A stretch of DNA of 64,000 nt from Azolla caroliniana (lineage: Eukaryota; Plantae; Polypodiophyta): NCBI GenBank assembly GCA_043228905.1, contig JBHGNT010000020.1, forward strand, positions 3,410,001 through 3,474,000, given 5' to 3'. The notes under the pieces were generated by a model. That model did no database searches, had not been told where the DNA came from, and saw nothing but the letters and a program-made list of their open reading frames with translations. Both the position numbers and the translations under genes were made by a program. This document shows, piece after piece, positions 12,917 through 26,468 of this stretch (position 1 is the first letter of the stretch; each line of letters opens with the position of its first letter).

Positions 12917-13205
12917 TTAATGAGGGGTAGGTTCCCTACCCGAGATTGATTTGGCAAGGAGTGGGCCGGCATTTTCATTCGTTAACTTCGCGACGTTTCT
13001 GAATGGATTTGAGGATGTGGGGCCCACGTAGGGTTTGAGTCGAAAGTTGTTGACCTTTTGTCGTAAAATTTCCCCGACAAGAGTGTCGAGCTTGACGGTG
13101 CCATTTTCTACTTCAACTATCCAATACGACCCCATCCACCGGAATCAGAGTTTTCCCGGCATTTTCCACGCGCGTGATTGGAACACGAGTACGACCTTTC
13201 CGATT
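12917..13205 (-). pseudogene. Gypsy integrase C-terminal fragment
   Basis: GKVVLVF...PGKL*FRWMGSYWIVEVENGTVKL...VNNFRLKPY, the typical GPY/F-region tail. Confidence 0.75.
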
Positions 13206-13207
13206 TT

Positions 13208-13400
13208 GAGCAAAAGGGTTATAAATGTTATAACCCTTGGACTAAAGACGTGCGAGTCACTAGAGATGTTGTTTTCGACGAATCGGTTTCGTGGTCTCTA
13301 CCTCCGGCTAGTCTAACCCTAATGCACTTTTAGCCGATTTTTGAAGAAAAGGCAAGCATGGCCGACTTGATTGAAGAGGAAATCGGTAATTTCCAAGCAT
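13208..13400 (+). pseudogene. Copia post-integrase fragment
   Basis: EQKGYKCYNPWTKDVRVTRDVVFDES motif. Confidence 0.7.
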
Positions 13401-14344
13401 ATAAATATGCATCTTTTGATACCTTCACTCAAACATTGCTAATAAGAAATCTAGAGTGAGTAGCAAGTAAAACTCATGATTACTAATTACATTGGTTGAC
13501 ATTTTGTGCCACTCAATGGATAAAAAAACGCAATGATTAACTATGGAAGATAGATAGGTTTGATGGAATGAGTGTTTGCTGCTTTGCCATTACAGGATAT
13601 ATTATTTTCATGACGCAACTTACTTGAGATATTATGATTTGGGATAAATCTCCAACGAAGATGCATCGCCTCAACATGATGCAAGAGATGCGAACTTGGT
13701 TTAGAATCAACTAAGCAACTATTATGGTATTTATACAAAAAGTAAGGTTTTTAGAAGGGGGTAAGGCGACAAGTCTCTTGTTGTTTCCCATTATTTGCCT
13801 TTGGAAAGAATGATCGAGTAACATGGTTTCAATCCCAAGGCTACCTCACTATTCATCCAAACTTTGAATTGGGTAAGATTTTGGACCATATGGTTATAAT
13901 GTATTCACACACGATCTTTAGCCAACATGGTGTAACGAGAAATTCTTCTTCAAGCGATCAATTGTCTCCAACTCCACACAATTTCTCTCAACGGGCTCCA
14001 AAGAGAAATATCTCTACATATCCCATTAACATTTGATCAATTGTCTCATGGGCCAAATGTGGTTTGAGAAGACATTAATATGTCTTTCTTTCTTTCTTTT
14101 CTTGACGGTTAAAACAAACTTATAAAAGGCCAAAAATGAGAACGAAGAGTTTTTTTTCTCAATCCTCCCCTTTAGCCACACTTAAAAAATAAAATTTCAA
14201 AAAAAGGAGAAAAAAGAAGAAGATAATGAATGAAGACAAAGCAAATACGAATACGGAGAGAAATACGAAAATACGAAATACAGAATACGGAGACAAAATA
14301 CATACGGGAATACATAAATACGCGCCTGTGCGTAGGTTTGCGAG

Positions 14345-14406
14345 CTTCTTCTTCATCTTCATCTTCTTCAGCTGCTGCTGCTGCTGCTTCTTCTTCTTCT
14401 TCTTCT
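14345..14406 (+). repeat. (CTT)n/(GCT)n microsatellite in the 5' UTR region of the host gene
   Basis: Directly visible, about 40-100 bp upstream of the ATG. Confidence 0.85.
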
Positions 14407-14442
14407 GCAGAGAAGAGAAGAGGCAAAAGGCGCAGACAGGAG

Positions 14443-16795
14443 ATGGAGGCAGCGTGGATGAGCAGGGATGAAGAAGTTATGGAGATCAAATCTCTCCGAC
14501 GAGTCATCAGCGCTTACCTCAAGTAAGTCCAGCTGATTTAACACGATCATCATCTCTCATCTTTTACTGTTTCCGTTCCTGCTCTTGTTCGTTTCCATCT
14601 TCATGCCGACCTTCTTTTCTTTTCGTTGACGTCAACTTCACATTTTCGTCCTCCATGTTCCTCTTCTTTTTTGCATTTCATCTTCATTTTTGGCCTCGGC
14701 GACAAAGTCTGTGTAGCACATAGTAGTGTATAGCCTCTATCTTTCAACGAAATTATAAGGACTTGTATGCTTCTGTAAATGGCTCTCGTGTGATGCTTCC
14801 ATATTTATTTATGTTTCTTTCTCTCTGATGTGGTCTTCAGAATTTTCTTTAAATATATAGAGAGTTTGTGCTTCTGCGTGAGGTGGATTTTGATGCTTTT
14901 GCATTTTTATCCAGTTTTTAATGCACGAGCATTCTAGAGGATATAAACTGGAACAAAAATTCAATCTTTTCTACGTCATATGGATTTTGTGTTAAATGGA
15001 TTTTAATATCTTCTCATGTTTTATCCATTTTTTCATAATGCATGGCAAGATTAACAGGAAGAGTTCGATTAATCCATTACTTCAGGGGTTATGTCCTCTT
15101 TAAAGATTTCGTTAATCTAGTTTAGTATCGCTGGATATTATTGTCTCTGCATAGGTATTTGTTTATCTTGTTTCTAATGCGTAGGAAGTTGATGGAAAAA
15201 GATATATAAATTCAAAAATATATATATATGTTTTTTAAGAGGTTCTGTATGACATGGAATTCGTTTAAATGTATAGATTTTATACATTTATTGGTGAATT
15301 ATGATGTGAAAGGGATTATTGAAACATGTTTAGTTCCTGCCTGTACTTTGGAATTTCATTGACAAAGAAGAGACTTTTGTGATGTGAGTATGACTAAATA
15401 AAAGGATTTTTTATGATCTATTTTGTTTGACTAGCGATATCTACACATTAGGGTCTGTCTTGTTTGTTTATGATTTGGAAATTTGAATCCCAAGAAATCC
15501 TATTTTCTTATAGCTATGCAGTTGCAATGGAGGAGGATGTCAAACGTTGGGAACGGTCTTATAAGAGGCTTCCGCCAGCACATAAGGTGCTTATTGTTTC
15601 AATTGATATCAAATAACACAATATGTTCTTCAAGCAAAGATTATTTTCAGCAAATATCTTGTTTTTTATGTCTTACATTATAGGAGTTGCTATCACATTT
15701 GCCGAAAAAGTACGATGATGTAAGAAGGTAACACAATTTTTGACAGTAATCTATATATATTTTTTCTGGACAAGATTCTGTTGTCTCTTAGAAGGTATTG
15801 GTGCTTCTCAACTGATGATGAGAAATATTGATGCATTACTGACTGTAGTATTCAGGCAAATTAACCATTGGGAAATCTAGGTTTTATTTACCTTCTTTCC
15901 AGAAGGAAACTATGAGGATGTCTTAAATTGTGACCATATTGCAAGCCTATGAATAGGCAAAAAACTTAGGAATACCCCTGAGCTTTTCATTATTTCCCGA
16001 TGATCAATTATACACACTATTTGAGCAATTATATGGTTGATTTGTCACATGTTTCTCAATTATATGACATTTTCAAAACGACTGAAGGAACTTCTAGAGG
16101 GCAGTAATACCCAAATCAAATTTTACCAATTTTGTTTAATTTTACCCTCGGAGAAGTTTTATATAAATGAAGAGAGACTCACTTATGATTCTGTCCTCCT
16201 TATGTCTTAATTTTAGATATATGAATCTATTCTCCATCTGAACAAAGATTTGACTACCTGTTGGATCCAAAGGCTGGCACTCCTCTCATATATCTTTTAT
16301 TAATAGCTATTAATAAGGTACTACAGTAAGATAGAGCCCAAGCCCTAGAAACAGAGATAGCAGTTTTGGTCTATTTCAACATGAAATCCCATGTATAAGA
16401 TTCCAAAGTATTCCTTTCTGAACATAATAACAAAGTAGTAAAATCAAATTCGATTCCTGCAGATTCTTGCTTTCTAGCATACCTCTTTTTTCCCATTCTA
16501 GAACTGAATTTTTCATCCAGAGTTTTTCCAGAGTAAGGAAGAGCCTCCCCTCCAGATCTTGGGGCATGCCTGTCATTGCTCCTTTGTTCTATGGACCTTT
16601 AGCTGTCGACCAATTGACATTAGCCATGCAATGTTGCCCAATTCTCTTGGTTTGCTCTAAAGTATATTCCATGTTTAGAAATTGAGCATGTTTATATTTG
16701 AAACTACATACCTATATGCAAGGATGCTATGCTATGCACGCACAATCAAACTCTTTGATCGTCTTTGTCATAGGTCGGTAATTCATATTTATGCG

Positions 16796-16856
<61 letters not shown>

Positions 16857-19800
16857 GTATGTATATATATCCTCCAAAATGAAATCATGGTGCTAATGTG
16901 TCCTGTGTTTACAGTTGTTTATCGGCAAATTTCTTCTTCATCTTGAACATGCTGCAGGTATGCCTTCAAACATCTATTTGTTTTTGGGCAATGTTGTTTG
17001 GTCATGTTGCATAATAAACATGAATGTTCTTGGAATTTTCTTATAGGCTTTTGAACCGCCCTTTGATATGTCTCAACATGATGAAGTGAATTACCAAGGC
17101 CCAAATGAAAGCATGGTTCATACATGTAGTCATTCAGGTAGACATTTAGATCAACATGTAGATGATGCGAATCCACCAGTCGATCATTTACAAATGTCAG
17201 GAAACAGTGAAGAATCACCTCGTCGAAATCAAAGTAGTCCAATAAGAGTTAGGTATGTACACAAATTTGATGAGGTAATAATTAATGTATGAAACTTAAT
17301 TACTATTGCTCATGAAACTCATTTTATGATTCCGTACCTGTTATACAGAGAAATTGCAACAGATGTGAACCAGAAAGTCCTTGCTCCTATGGAAGGTCTA
17401 AAAGAGGTCAGTGGCAGCAGTGAAAGCGGAGAGGTGGCGGATAACATAAAAAATTCAGATGTGAGAAGAACACTGTCTAGTGCAAAAAAGGTATAATCTT
17501 TGTATTGGAAATGATAGGTATCAGATGTACATGTATTTATTATTTCATAAATTTTATGGAAGCACAATGAATGCTAGATATAGATTCCATAGGTAACAGC
17601 ACTTTAAATTTGTGTAACGAATTGTTTCCACTCTTAGGACTACATTTATGTGTGACCAAGCCATCTGCCATTTCTAGCATCATCTTTGTCTTTGTACCCT
17701 CAGCATTTATGTGCTACATACATCTGATACATTGCTTGTTAGCAAAAATGTATAATTTCAGTCTTTCACTTGATTATCTTGTGTGTGAGAGGCTATTTTC
17801 CCTTTGTGTATTGACCTATATGCATTTTCCACTTTTGCGCTTCTAATGCTAGATATGATTGTTGCAGATCTCAATTTGTGGTATGGATTTTCAAGATCCA
17901 GCACTTCAGCTTCATGTTCCCCCATCTGATGTTGATAAGGTATCTGAACTTAAGATGATACATTTCAGTGTGCATGCTTTTGTTTTTTCTGGTTTTATTG
18001 CAGTAAGCACCCGTATAAATATCTGATTCTGATAGCCTTTGTGAAATGGCTACAAAGATGATAAACATGCACTAGCTTTGAACCATTATGGATTTTATGT
18101 CATTATTTTTTATTTAAAGATTGGTCCTGAATGATTTTGCAGAAAGCACCCGTATAAATATCTGATTCTGATAGTCTTTGTGAAATGGCTACAAAGATGA
18201 TAAACATGCACTAGCTTTGAACCATTATGGATTTTATGTCATTATTTTTTATTTAGAGATTGGACCTGAATGATTTTGGAGCTCATGAGAATCTACCTTA
18301 GATTCACAACCTCCAATTAAATGTGGGATTTTGTGTAGCATGTCATCACCATATTTATTACATATTTAGATGTGCCAGGCTTCTATCAATAATACAGACA
18401 GTCCGATTGCCATTCTTTGGAGTTGAAATTTGCTATCTATTTATAAATTTTGGCAATTTAGATGGAATGGTGTACTCATATAATGCAAAGAATCTGATTG
18501 GAATTTGGTCACAACCTACTTAAGGTCTTATGAAAAAGAGTAAGTTTGAGATAATCAGATATTAGACTTGATTGCTACTGTGTTAGATCCTAGAAAAGCT
18601 CCAGAACTGTATAATTGTAGATTTTTGCAGCAAGTGAGAGGTTTGATGATCATAATTTTTCTGAAACTAAGGATATTTCTCCACCAGATTATGACAGCAT
18701 GAGTTTTTTTATAACCACGAAGAATTGAGCTGTTTCTGGGGCCTCCGTTGTCCTATGTAGCCTTTCCTCATTACGAGCTAGCTCTGATGATAAGCTATTC
18801 AGATGTTGTCATGCTTGGCCGGGGATACATTTTGGGATTTCTTTTTGAGCAGGCATCTACATTTCTAGACGAGATGGTAATATGACAGTAGATGTTTATA
18901 GAGTTATTAATCAGAAGGTGAAGGTAGATTTACATCATCTTTGCTAATCATGGGCCTCCAGGTTCAGACCTCTCAAAAGTGCTATTTTCCATAGCTGTGA
19001 TTCCTGTTGAAGGTTCAAGCTTTTGCTTTACATGCTTGCATTTTGGAATGGTCATATATTTTGAATGTCCATAATCATCCTGTTTCTTGATAGGTAAGGT
19101 GTATGATTCGCAACCTTGTTCGTGATTGGACAGAAGAGGTATGTTGGATGTATGATTTATTAAGTTTTATTTGTTTATGCCTTTTTTAGAAATATGAAAG
19201 GATGTGCCTAAACATTCTCTGTCTAAAATTCAAAATATAGTAATGCATAGGCAAAAAGAAAATGTGTACATAATCATACTTTATATAGAACCAGAACGGT
19301 ATGTGTCATGTATGTAGAACGACCTATAAATGTACATTCCATTAATGGATATGTCATTTAATAGTGTTTGAATTTGAACTTAATGAGAGTATTTCTAAAC
19401 TTATTCAGAATGTAATTGTTGTACATCATGCTCCTTTCTACCCTATGAGAAATTCATTTCCTGAATCACGGCAATGATTTAAACTGAAACACTGAGTTAT
19501 TGCTTGAATTGATGAAGGGAGCATTAGAACGTGATCAATGCTACAAGCCTATTTTAGAAGAGCTCAATAACTGTTTCCCCAACAGATCTGTGGAGAAGTA
19601 AGGTTTCTAAATAAACCCATTCAAATTCGTTCTCAGAAATAATCCAAAATTTTCGATAATCAACATGATCAATGTTGATTACTGTTATTAGGAATAAAAT
19701 GGTCACCAAATGTTTCCAGGCCTCCTTGTTGTCTAGTCCCTGGTGCAGGTCTTGCTCGATTGGCCTGTGAAATTTCATGTCTCGGTGAGCTTGTTATTTC

Positions 19801-22800
19801 TTATTAATAAATTAATGTGATTGTTTTTAACTGATTGTTAATCTGCAGGCTTTGTTTGCCAAGGCAATGAATTCTCATATTATGTGCTAATCTGCTCGAG
19901 TTTTATATTGAATAAGTAAGTCGTTCTTGTGTTCTATTATTTCTATTTCATTTTCTGGATCTCTGCAATCTTCTAAATACAACTACCTTTCCAAACAAGT
20001 ACCCAGGCACCCTTAGAATGGGTTATTTATCCTTGGATTCACAGCAACTGCAACATGATCAGTGATGAAAATCAACTAAGACCAGTATGTTTTCCTGATC
20101 TACATCCAGGAAGGTCAGTGTAATGATTAAATTATGTTATTTTAACCTAATGTGTTAGTGATTCTAACACTTTTACACTCTACAGTTGTGGAATCACAGA
20201 TGGTTTTTCTATGTGTGCTGGTGACTTCGTGGAAATCTATAACAATAGCAGTCAAGAAGGTAAGTTTTGCGTTTTCATTGAAGACTCTGATGACGGTGTT
20301 TATATTTAAGTCGAATATACCCTTAATTTATTTACAGAAATATGATTAAATATTAGAGAAAACCCAACTAAGTCTGTATATTATCCATGATCAATATTTG
20401 TTTATGTATTTTGAACTGAACTGCTGTCTTCACAGGAGCATGGGATGCAGTAGTCACGTGCTTTTTCATAGATACAGCTCACAACATTGTCGAATATATC
20501 GAAGTAATATCTAGAATATTGAAACCTGGAGGGGTATGTTTACTTGAATAGATTATTTTGTAGGGTTCTTATTGAGCTCAGTTGATTCAAATGTTCTTGT
20601 ATCTATGACAGATGATAAGAATCTTTAGCTGTGTCTTTATTCTATTTCTATTTAGATTTTTACTTATTTATGTTTATTTTTGGTTTGCTATTCTCAAAGA
20701 TGAGACAACTTTTAAGATGTAGTATGTTGTTTGGTCTTATAGGCCATTGTCACGTCTTAAAATACAGTAATATATATATTTTTCTTTCTCTCATGATTGC
20801 CTTTAGTGTCAATGATTGCCTGCATGATTAGTAGCGAAGCATTGGTGCCCCATGATGTAATTTCGGCAGAGATGGGAGCAGCCCCTATAATCACCGAGGC
20901 ATTATTCTGATCAGTGACATGTATCCAACGTCTTTGGGAGCTCCCTAAAGGAAGGTACTCAAGGTTGGCACTTATGTCATCAAGATAACTAGCTGAACAT
21001 GGTGACACTCATTGTTGGTATGCTGAAATGCAACAATGGTTTGAGTCACATGGCATTAGCATAAATGCACTACCCTCGTTCCAATATAGCTTGTCTAAGC
21101 ATTAGGAATCGACAATGGCCCGGTTTTGGCTTAACCGGTTTGGAATTGTCCAAACCAAACCAGTTAAGCCTTAATTGATTTGGGAGTTTTCAAACTTGAA
21201 TCGAACTGGCTCGTAAACCGATTTAGCCAAACTGGTTTGGGAACCAGTTAAGACCAAAACAGTTTGATTCTGCTTGAGCCATGCCAAACTGAGCTCAAAC
21301 CAGTTAAGGAAGCTCAAACCTGAACCTAATTTAACCGAACTGTCAAACTAACAAATTGTTTATAAACTGTTTAACGGCTCAATTCAGGCTTGAGCCAAGC
21401 CGTTGCTGACTCCTACTAAACATGACCAAAGTGGAAAAGAATAGAGTGATCTGAACTAATATTATCAACTTGGAAAGGAAGATAACATGGATCAGCTTCA
21501 AAATATCACTCCGTACGAAGATGGCCCACTACAAGACACTTTTTACGCACATCGGAGGATGGATTCATCATTAAACCGAATTGTCAAACTGTTTAAAAAC
21601 GGTTTAATGGCTGGGTTCAGACTTGTATTGTTAGAACTCAAGAGACAGAAAGAAAAGTTGTTGGACAATAGTACAACAACACAAGCTCATCCACAAAGAA
21701 CAATCACAACTTTCTTTAGCCCCATCCTCCTACTGACGCTACAAGTCAATCAAGGGCTACACAAATGGGCTCCCGACCAGGACATAACAAAAGGGTTACA
21801 ATAGATCAAGCAATAGCAATTTGTCGTGCACATAGGCCCCAGCCCCATGGACCACAATCTCACCACCCTTGTCATCGATAGATTAAGGCCATTATCTCCC
21901 GCCATTGTAGGTGCTTCCCTTGCTTCCAAGACCTCTCCATTCTAGACCGACCTATGTTAGAGATCTTTTGAAGACAGAAGTTACAATATATCTTACTTAA
22001 GCATCTTACATGTGCAAATAACAAGATTGTTTATTCTCTGTTATCTCATTTACTTTTATGTTTTATTAGTAACATTTATTTTATTTTGATTTGTTGTTCT
22101 CAAAGTTGAGACAGCACTTAAGATGTAATTTCTTGTTTGGTCTTATACGAAATTTTGGCCTCTTAAAAGGCGTTAATATATCTTTCTTTTTTTCTTTCTC
22201 ATATTTTAACTATTCTCAAATCCATGTGCTAAGGCATACTTTGTCTTCTTGCCCTTCTTGCACAAAACCAATGGGTCGAGATAGATAAATTTAGAAATGT
22301 AGTTTTAGTATCCAACTGATGTATATTCCAACCATGATGATCTGTAAGTTTACATATGCTATGAATGGTTGTCTTACATCATGTGGGAGCAAAGGTTTCA
22401 TCAAAATCAATGCCTTATTTTATAACATAACCTTTTGCTACAAGTCTAGCCTAATGGCTGTCAATAATTCCACAAAGCTTACACATTAGTTGGTAACCGT
22501 CTAATGCCAATGGTCTTTTTGTGTGGAGGCAAATCACATAAAGACTAAGTATGATTCGTTATAATAGCATCATATTCTGATAGAGTAGCAGCTATCCAAT
22601 TATCTTAATTCTATGCTTCATCAAAAGAAACAGGCCATTCTCATCACAGAGACTACAGGCAACCATAGCATTACAATCTGATGCAAAAGCACTATGAGAG
22701 TGTGAAGGAGTCCGACTTGGCAAGAACGCATCTAACTTGTTTTCTGTCCAAATGTGCACCAGACATTTGGACATAGTTTTTGCCTCCCTTGTGTCTGCTT

Positions 22801-25758
22801 GGTCTTCTTCAACTGCATGTTACACTACAAAAAAAGGGTAATAAAGTGTCGTAAACATTGTAAAATACTCAACATATAATATGCATACAATAAGTATGGT
22901 AATGGCGGAAAAGATCGGCGGTCTCTTTTTGTCCACTTTTGGTTGAAGTTCACGTTGTTAATAGCGTGAGGCGTTTTGCAGATATTCTAAATATAAAAAT
23001 ATGTAGAATATGAAATTACTTCTTAGATTTGTATTGTATCTAACTATTGTTTTTTGGGAAATTCTTATTATTATTATTAGTAGTAGTAAATGTAAAATAT
23101 TTGTTAAATATATAAAATACGTTAAATATATGGAAAATTTGAAATGGCAGTTCTAAGGATGTAGAATACATTTTAGAATTCTATACATAAAACATGCATT
23201 TTTTAACTGTGGTCATAAATATGTTGGGAGTCACTAGATGGCTCCTTGGTGCATGAAAGCAGGGCAAAACTGCATCTTCCACAAAAACAACAGCTACCAA
23301 GAATGTATCTGGTTTGGGGATGATACAGACTACAACCTTTACTTTCACACTAAGTATTTTCTCACATTATTCTAAGCACGTTCACACAGAACTATCACAA
23401 CTTGTCAACAATCACAATAGAATTCTTAAAAACATATCGAGGCACTGAGTTTGTGAACCTCTTGTGCACATCGTCACGGATTATTGTTTCATTATTCTCT
23501 TTATTCTTGGATAGATGATGCTATGTACCAGATATCAATCATAGCTTAAACATGGAAATCTTTGGTCTTGCATGCATGGTGGAGATTTCACTTCATGAGG
23601 AATTAGTTATTTTGGGTTGAGAAAACATTGTAAGCTGTAATCTCTTGTTTGGTCTTATGGGTCATTTTGACCTATTAAAAGACATAATATAGCTTTTATT
23701 CCTCCAAGAGACAGCAAATTGATCTCCAAGCATGAATGAAATCTGCCCTATTCCTTTTACCCCTTGAGGTTGTGTATTGATGAAAGATGTTCTTTCGCCT
23801 TGCTTTTCAAATATTCAAGCTAGAGGGATGGATACCTATGATCATCCCAAGCTTTGGATTTTTATCAATAAAACCATTTGCTTTAGAGTATGTTTGTCAT
23901 TAGTATTTTTTATATGTTATACTGTATTTAAGAAATGAATAACTATGGTTGATAGTTATAAAGTAATATATTGTCACTCTTGTTCATTGATTTAATTAAG
24001 GAGGTGCTATTCTTCTCGTATCTCATCTGTTTTGGAGGTTCATATGCTTCCTCTTTTCCCTGTATGTCTAAATTGTAAAAAGGAAGAAGGAAATTTACAT
24101 TGATCTTGATTTGTTCAGGTCTGGATTAACCTGGGTCCACTGCTTTATCACTTTGCTGATGCTATCAGTTATAATGGCAATGAGGTAAGCGTAATAGTTT
24201 TAATTGAAGTAAATATTCTTACAATCTGCTAGCATCCTTATCCTGGAGGATAAGTGAGTCAACTCAACTCAGCTGTGCCTGTATATGTCTGCTGGTTTAT
24301 GCTACTTTATTTGAAAATTTACTGTGTTGCAAACTATCTTTTTACAAAAGAAAGTGATTGCACTGGTAATGACCACACCAGTTGAGATTTCAATTTCCTA
24401 TGGAAGGAACTATGCAACAGAAACAATCATATTATCTTCTGTCTTTGTATGTGTCCACCTCGTGAAATCCATTTGAATAAACTGTAAGTGCATTGCTTGG
24501 CTGTTAAGCATGCACCTCTTTGGAGTCAATCCTATACGGAGTGTGCTAAGAATCGAAGTTGCATGGGTTGTATATTTATTGAATCCACATCACTAAAAGT
24601 GTATTGATTGTGCATAAGTACATAGACACTGTTGGATTTCCTCATAATGGTTGTCATCCCATGGATTTCATGCATCTTGAATGGCCAAATTTGGTGACAT
24701 TGAAAGTGTAGCATGGGTTTCACACACACAGATATGGGCTCATAATACTGTTTTGAATGCTTTTGGCATCTTTTGAATTTTATTATTATTTTTACCTTTT
24801 GTCACACTGGCATCTAATAAATTTCATCCATCGGACAGATACAACAGACTTCAGTATCATGATGATAATGGTTAATAGCATGAAATGTTTTTGTCATTGA
24901 TTTTCTCTATAATTTTGTTTTCGCTTCTCAATTTTTAATTAACTATTTTGAAGTTATTAAATCCTACCTGACTCAGGAATATACTTTTGCTTTAGATAAA
25001 TATTGTTCTTTCTGTTCCCATTTTGCTGTTTCAAACTATTTTGAAGTTATTAAATCCTAACTGACTTAAGAATATACATTTATTCTTGACAAGGATTTTT
25101 TTCTCTATTCCCATTTTCCTGTTTCATTGGAAATAAAATTTGATCTATTTTAAAGGGTTATTCAGAATTCCTTGCTTATGGACTGAAATTTAAACTAATG
25201 GTTGTACAAAAAAAATCACCTTGACATAAATGTGCATAATTGTTATAGGAGATGTCTGTGGAGCTCAGCCTAGAAGATGTAAAGAAGGTGGCTTCTCATT
25301 ATGGGCTTAATTTACTGGTAATATAACATTATTCAGGGCAATTTGTTTTTCGAAATTTTATTTTTGAGCACTCTGAATTGTTAAATTAACATGCTTTCTG
25401 CTTACAGAAGGAAAGCTCTATTGAGACGACCTATACAGCAAATCAGAGGTCTATGATACAGGTATGAATAATCTTTGGAGCATATTTATGTATTCTATAT
25501 TCTATATCCATTGGGGGGTGGAAATGATTTTAGAAGCTGTAGCAAAGTTCATTCTTGATAGCTTCTTTTTATCACAGCAACCAAATTGAAGTCCAAATTT
25601 TGTTGTGCTGAATGATTAGTAAATCTCTTTGTCTTATGCTGTAAAATGGTTGTCTACTTTCCCACATTTGCTGCCCATTTTTCTTATTTCAGACTCGGTA
25701 CATCACGGCTTTTTGGACAATGAGAAAAGGTAGTGAGGTGATAACAGCGAAGGATTGA
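14443..25758 (+). CDS. CARNMT1: Carnosine N-methyltransferase / N2227-like SAM-dependent methyltransferase, 18 exons, about 485 aa
   Basis: GT-AG exons with consistent phases: 14443-14522, 15514-15586, 15684-15727, 16915-16957, 17047-17252, 17349-17490, 17868-17939, 19094-19138, 19518-19597, 19720-19784, 19849-19915, 20000-20113, 20186-20259, 20436-20533, 24119-24184, 25249-25317, 25408-25461, 25693-25758 (sum 1458 nt). Family motifs [72 protein letters not shown]. Confidence 0.95.
16803..16870. repeat. (TA)n/(TATATG)n/(TATG)n microsatellite in intron 3
   Basis: Directly visible. Confidence 0.9.
18001..18278 (+). repeat. 139-bp tandem duplication in intron 7
   Basis: AAGCACCCGTATAAATATCTG starts at 18005 and 18144; only a few mismatches. 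Confidence 0.9.
20820..21960 (+). mobile_element. Degraded LINE ORF2 3' fragment in intron 14
   Basis: Reads AEMGAAPII...[17 protein letters not shown]...WYAEMQQWF, resembling LEMGSLPIE...KSPSHRLPRIAW...WMQDTEKWF in the LINE ORF2 at 59324-62431. Right end approximate. Confidence 0.55.
21103..21415. mobile_element. hAT-type MITE
   Basis: Imperfect TIRs TAGGAATCGACAATGGC / GCCGTTGCTGACTCCTA, 8-bp TSD CTAAGCAT/CTAAACAT, and many subterminal AAACC/AACCG motifs. Confidence 0.8.
22823..23211. mobile_element. Possible non-autonomous CACTA remnant
   Basis: Starts CACTACAAAAAAA and has an AT-rich body. The right end (TTTTTTAACTGTG) is degenerate and there is no clean TSD. Confidence 0.3.
24941..25126 (+). 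repeat. About 93-bp diverged tandem duplication in intron 15
   Basis: AACTATTTTGAAGTTATTAAATCCTA occurs twice. Confidence 0.8.
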
Positions 25759-25784
25759 GATCTCATCATCATCATTTAGTAATT

Positions 25785-26282
25785 ATAATTCTAATCTGTA
25801 ACTCACGACTATCTCTCAGAATGAAATTCCCTTAAAGCTCAGTTCTGTGAGATGTTCGCAATGCGAGTTTTGTTCATCGCGGAAACATTGGAAGATGTAT
25901 GTACACTATTATGAGGTATCATTAATGAAGGATAAACTTTTCTAGGTAGGTTTTATGTATATGTATATGTAATTTGCTGCTCTTTATCTGATTCATTTAT
26001 ATGTTTTGGAATAGATAAGCTATGACAAGTAGTTTATGTTTTATGACCTTTCAATGTGAGCTTTTCTTGAAGATGTTCTATGGGCTTTGTAATTCTAATC
26101 TGTTACTCATGACCATCTCTTGGAATGAAATTCCCTTAAAGCTCAGTTCTGTGAGATGTTTGCAATGTGAGTTTTGTTCATTGCAGAAACGTTGGAAGAT
26201 GTATGTACACTATTTTGAGGTATCATTAATGAAGGATAAACTTTTCTAGGTAGGTTTTATGTATATGTATATGTAATTTGCT
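25785..26282 (+). repeat. About 195-bp direct repeat in and after the 3' UTR
   Basis: TAATTCTAATCTGT...GTATATGTAATTTGCT at about 25785-25978 and 26090-26282. Confidence 0.85.
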
Positions 26283-26468
26283 TTTTTGTGTTTAAACATC
26301 CATTTTGATTTGTTTCAAATTTATTTTCATATATCAACTTTTCCAACAGTGGATGTAAGTGATAGATGTGATTACCATGTGAATGTTGGATTGCCATTGA
26401 TTTGAGCTAGATAAAATATCAGAAGTGTTGAATGACATGAAATGGAGAGCAAGGAACTTAGAATCAAG

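Noticed and set aside
14230-14442. In-frame N-terminal extension of CARNMT1 through poly-Ser/Ala
   Set aside because: It arises from the CTT/GCT microsatellite. Family similarity starts after ATG 14443 and there is no transcript evidence.
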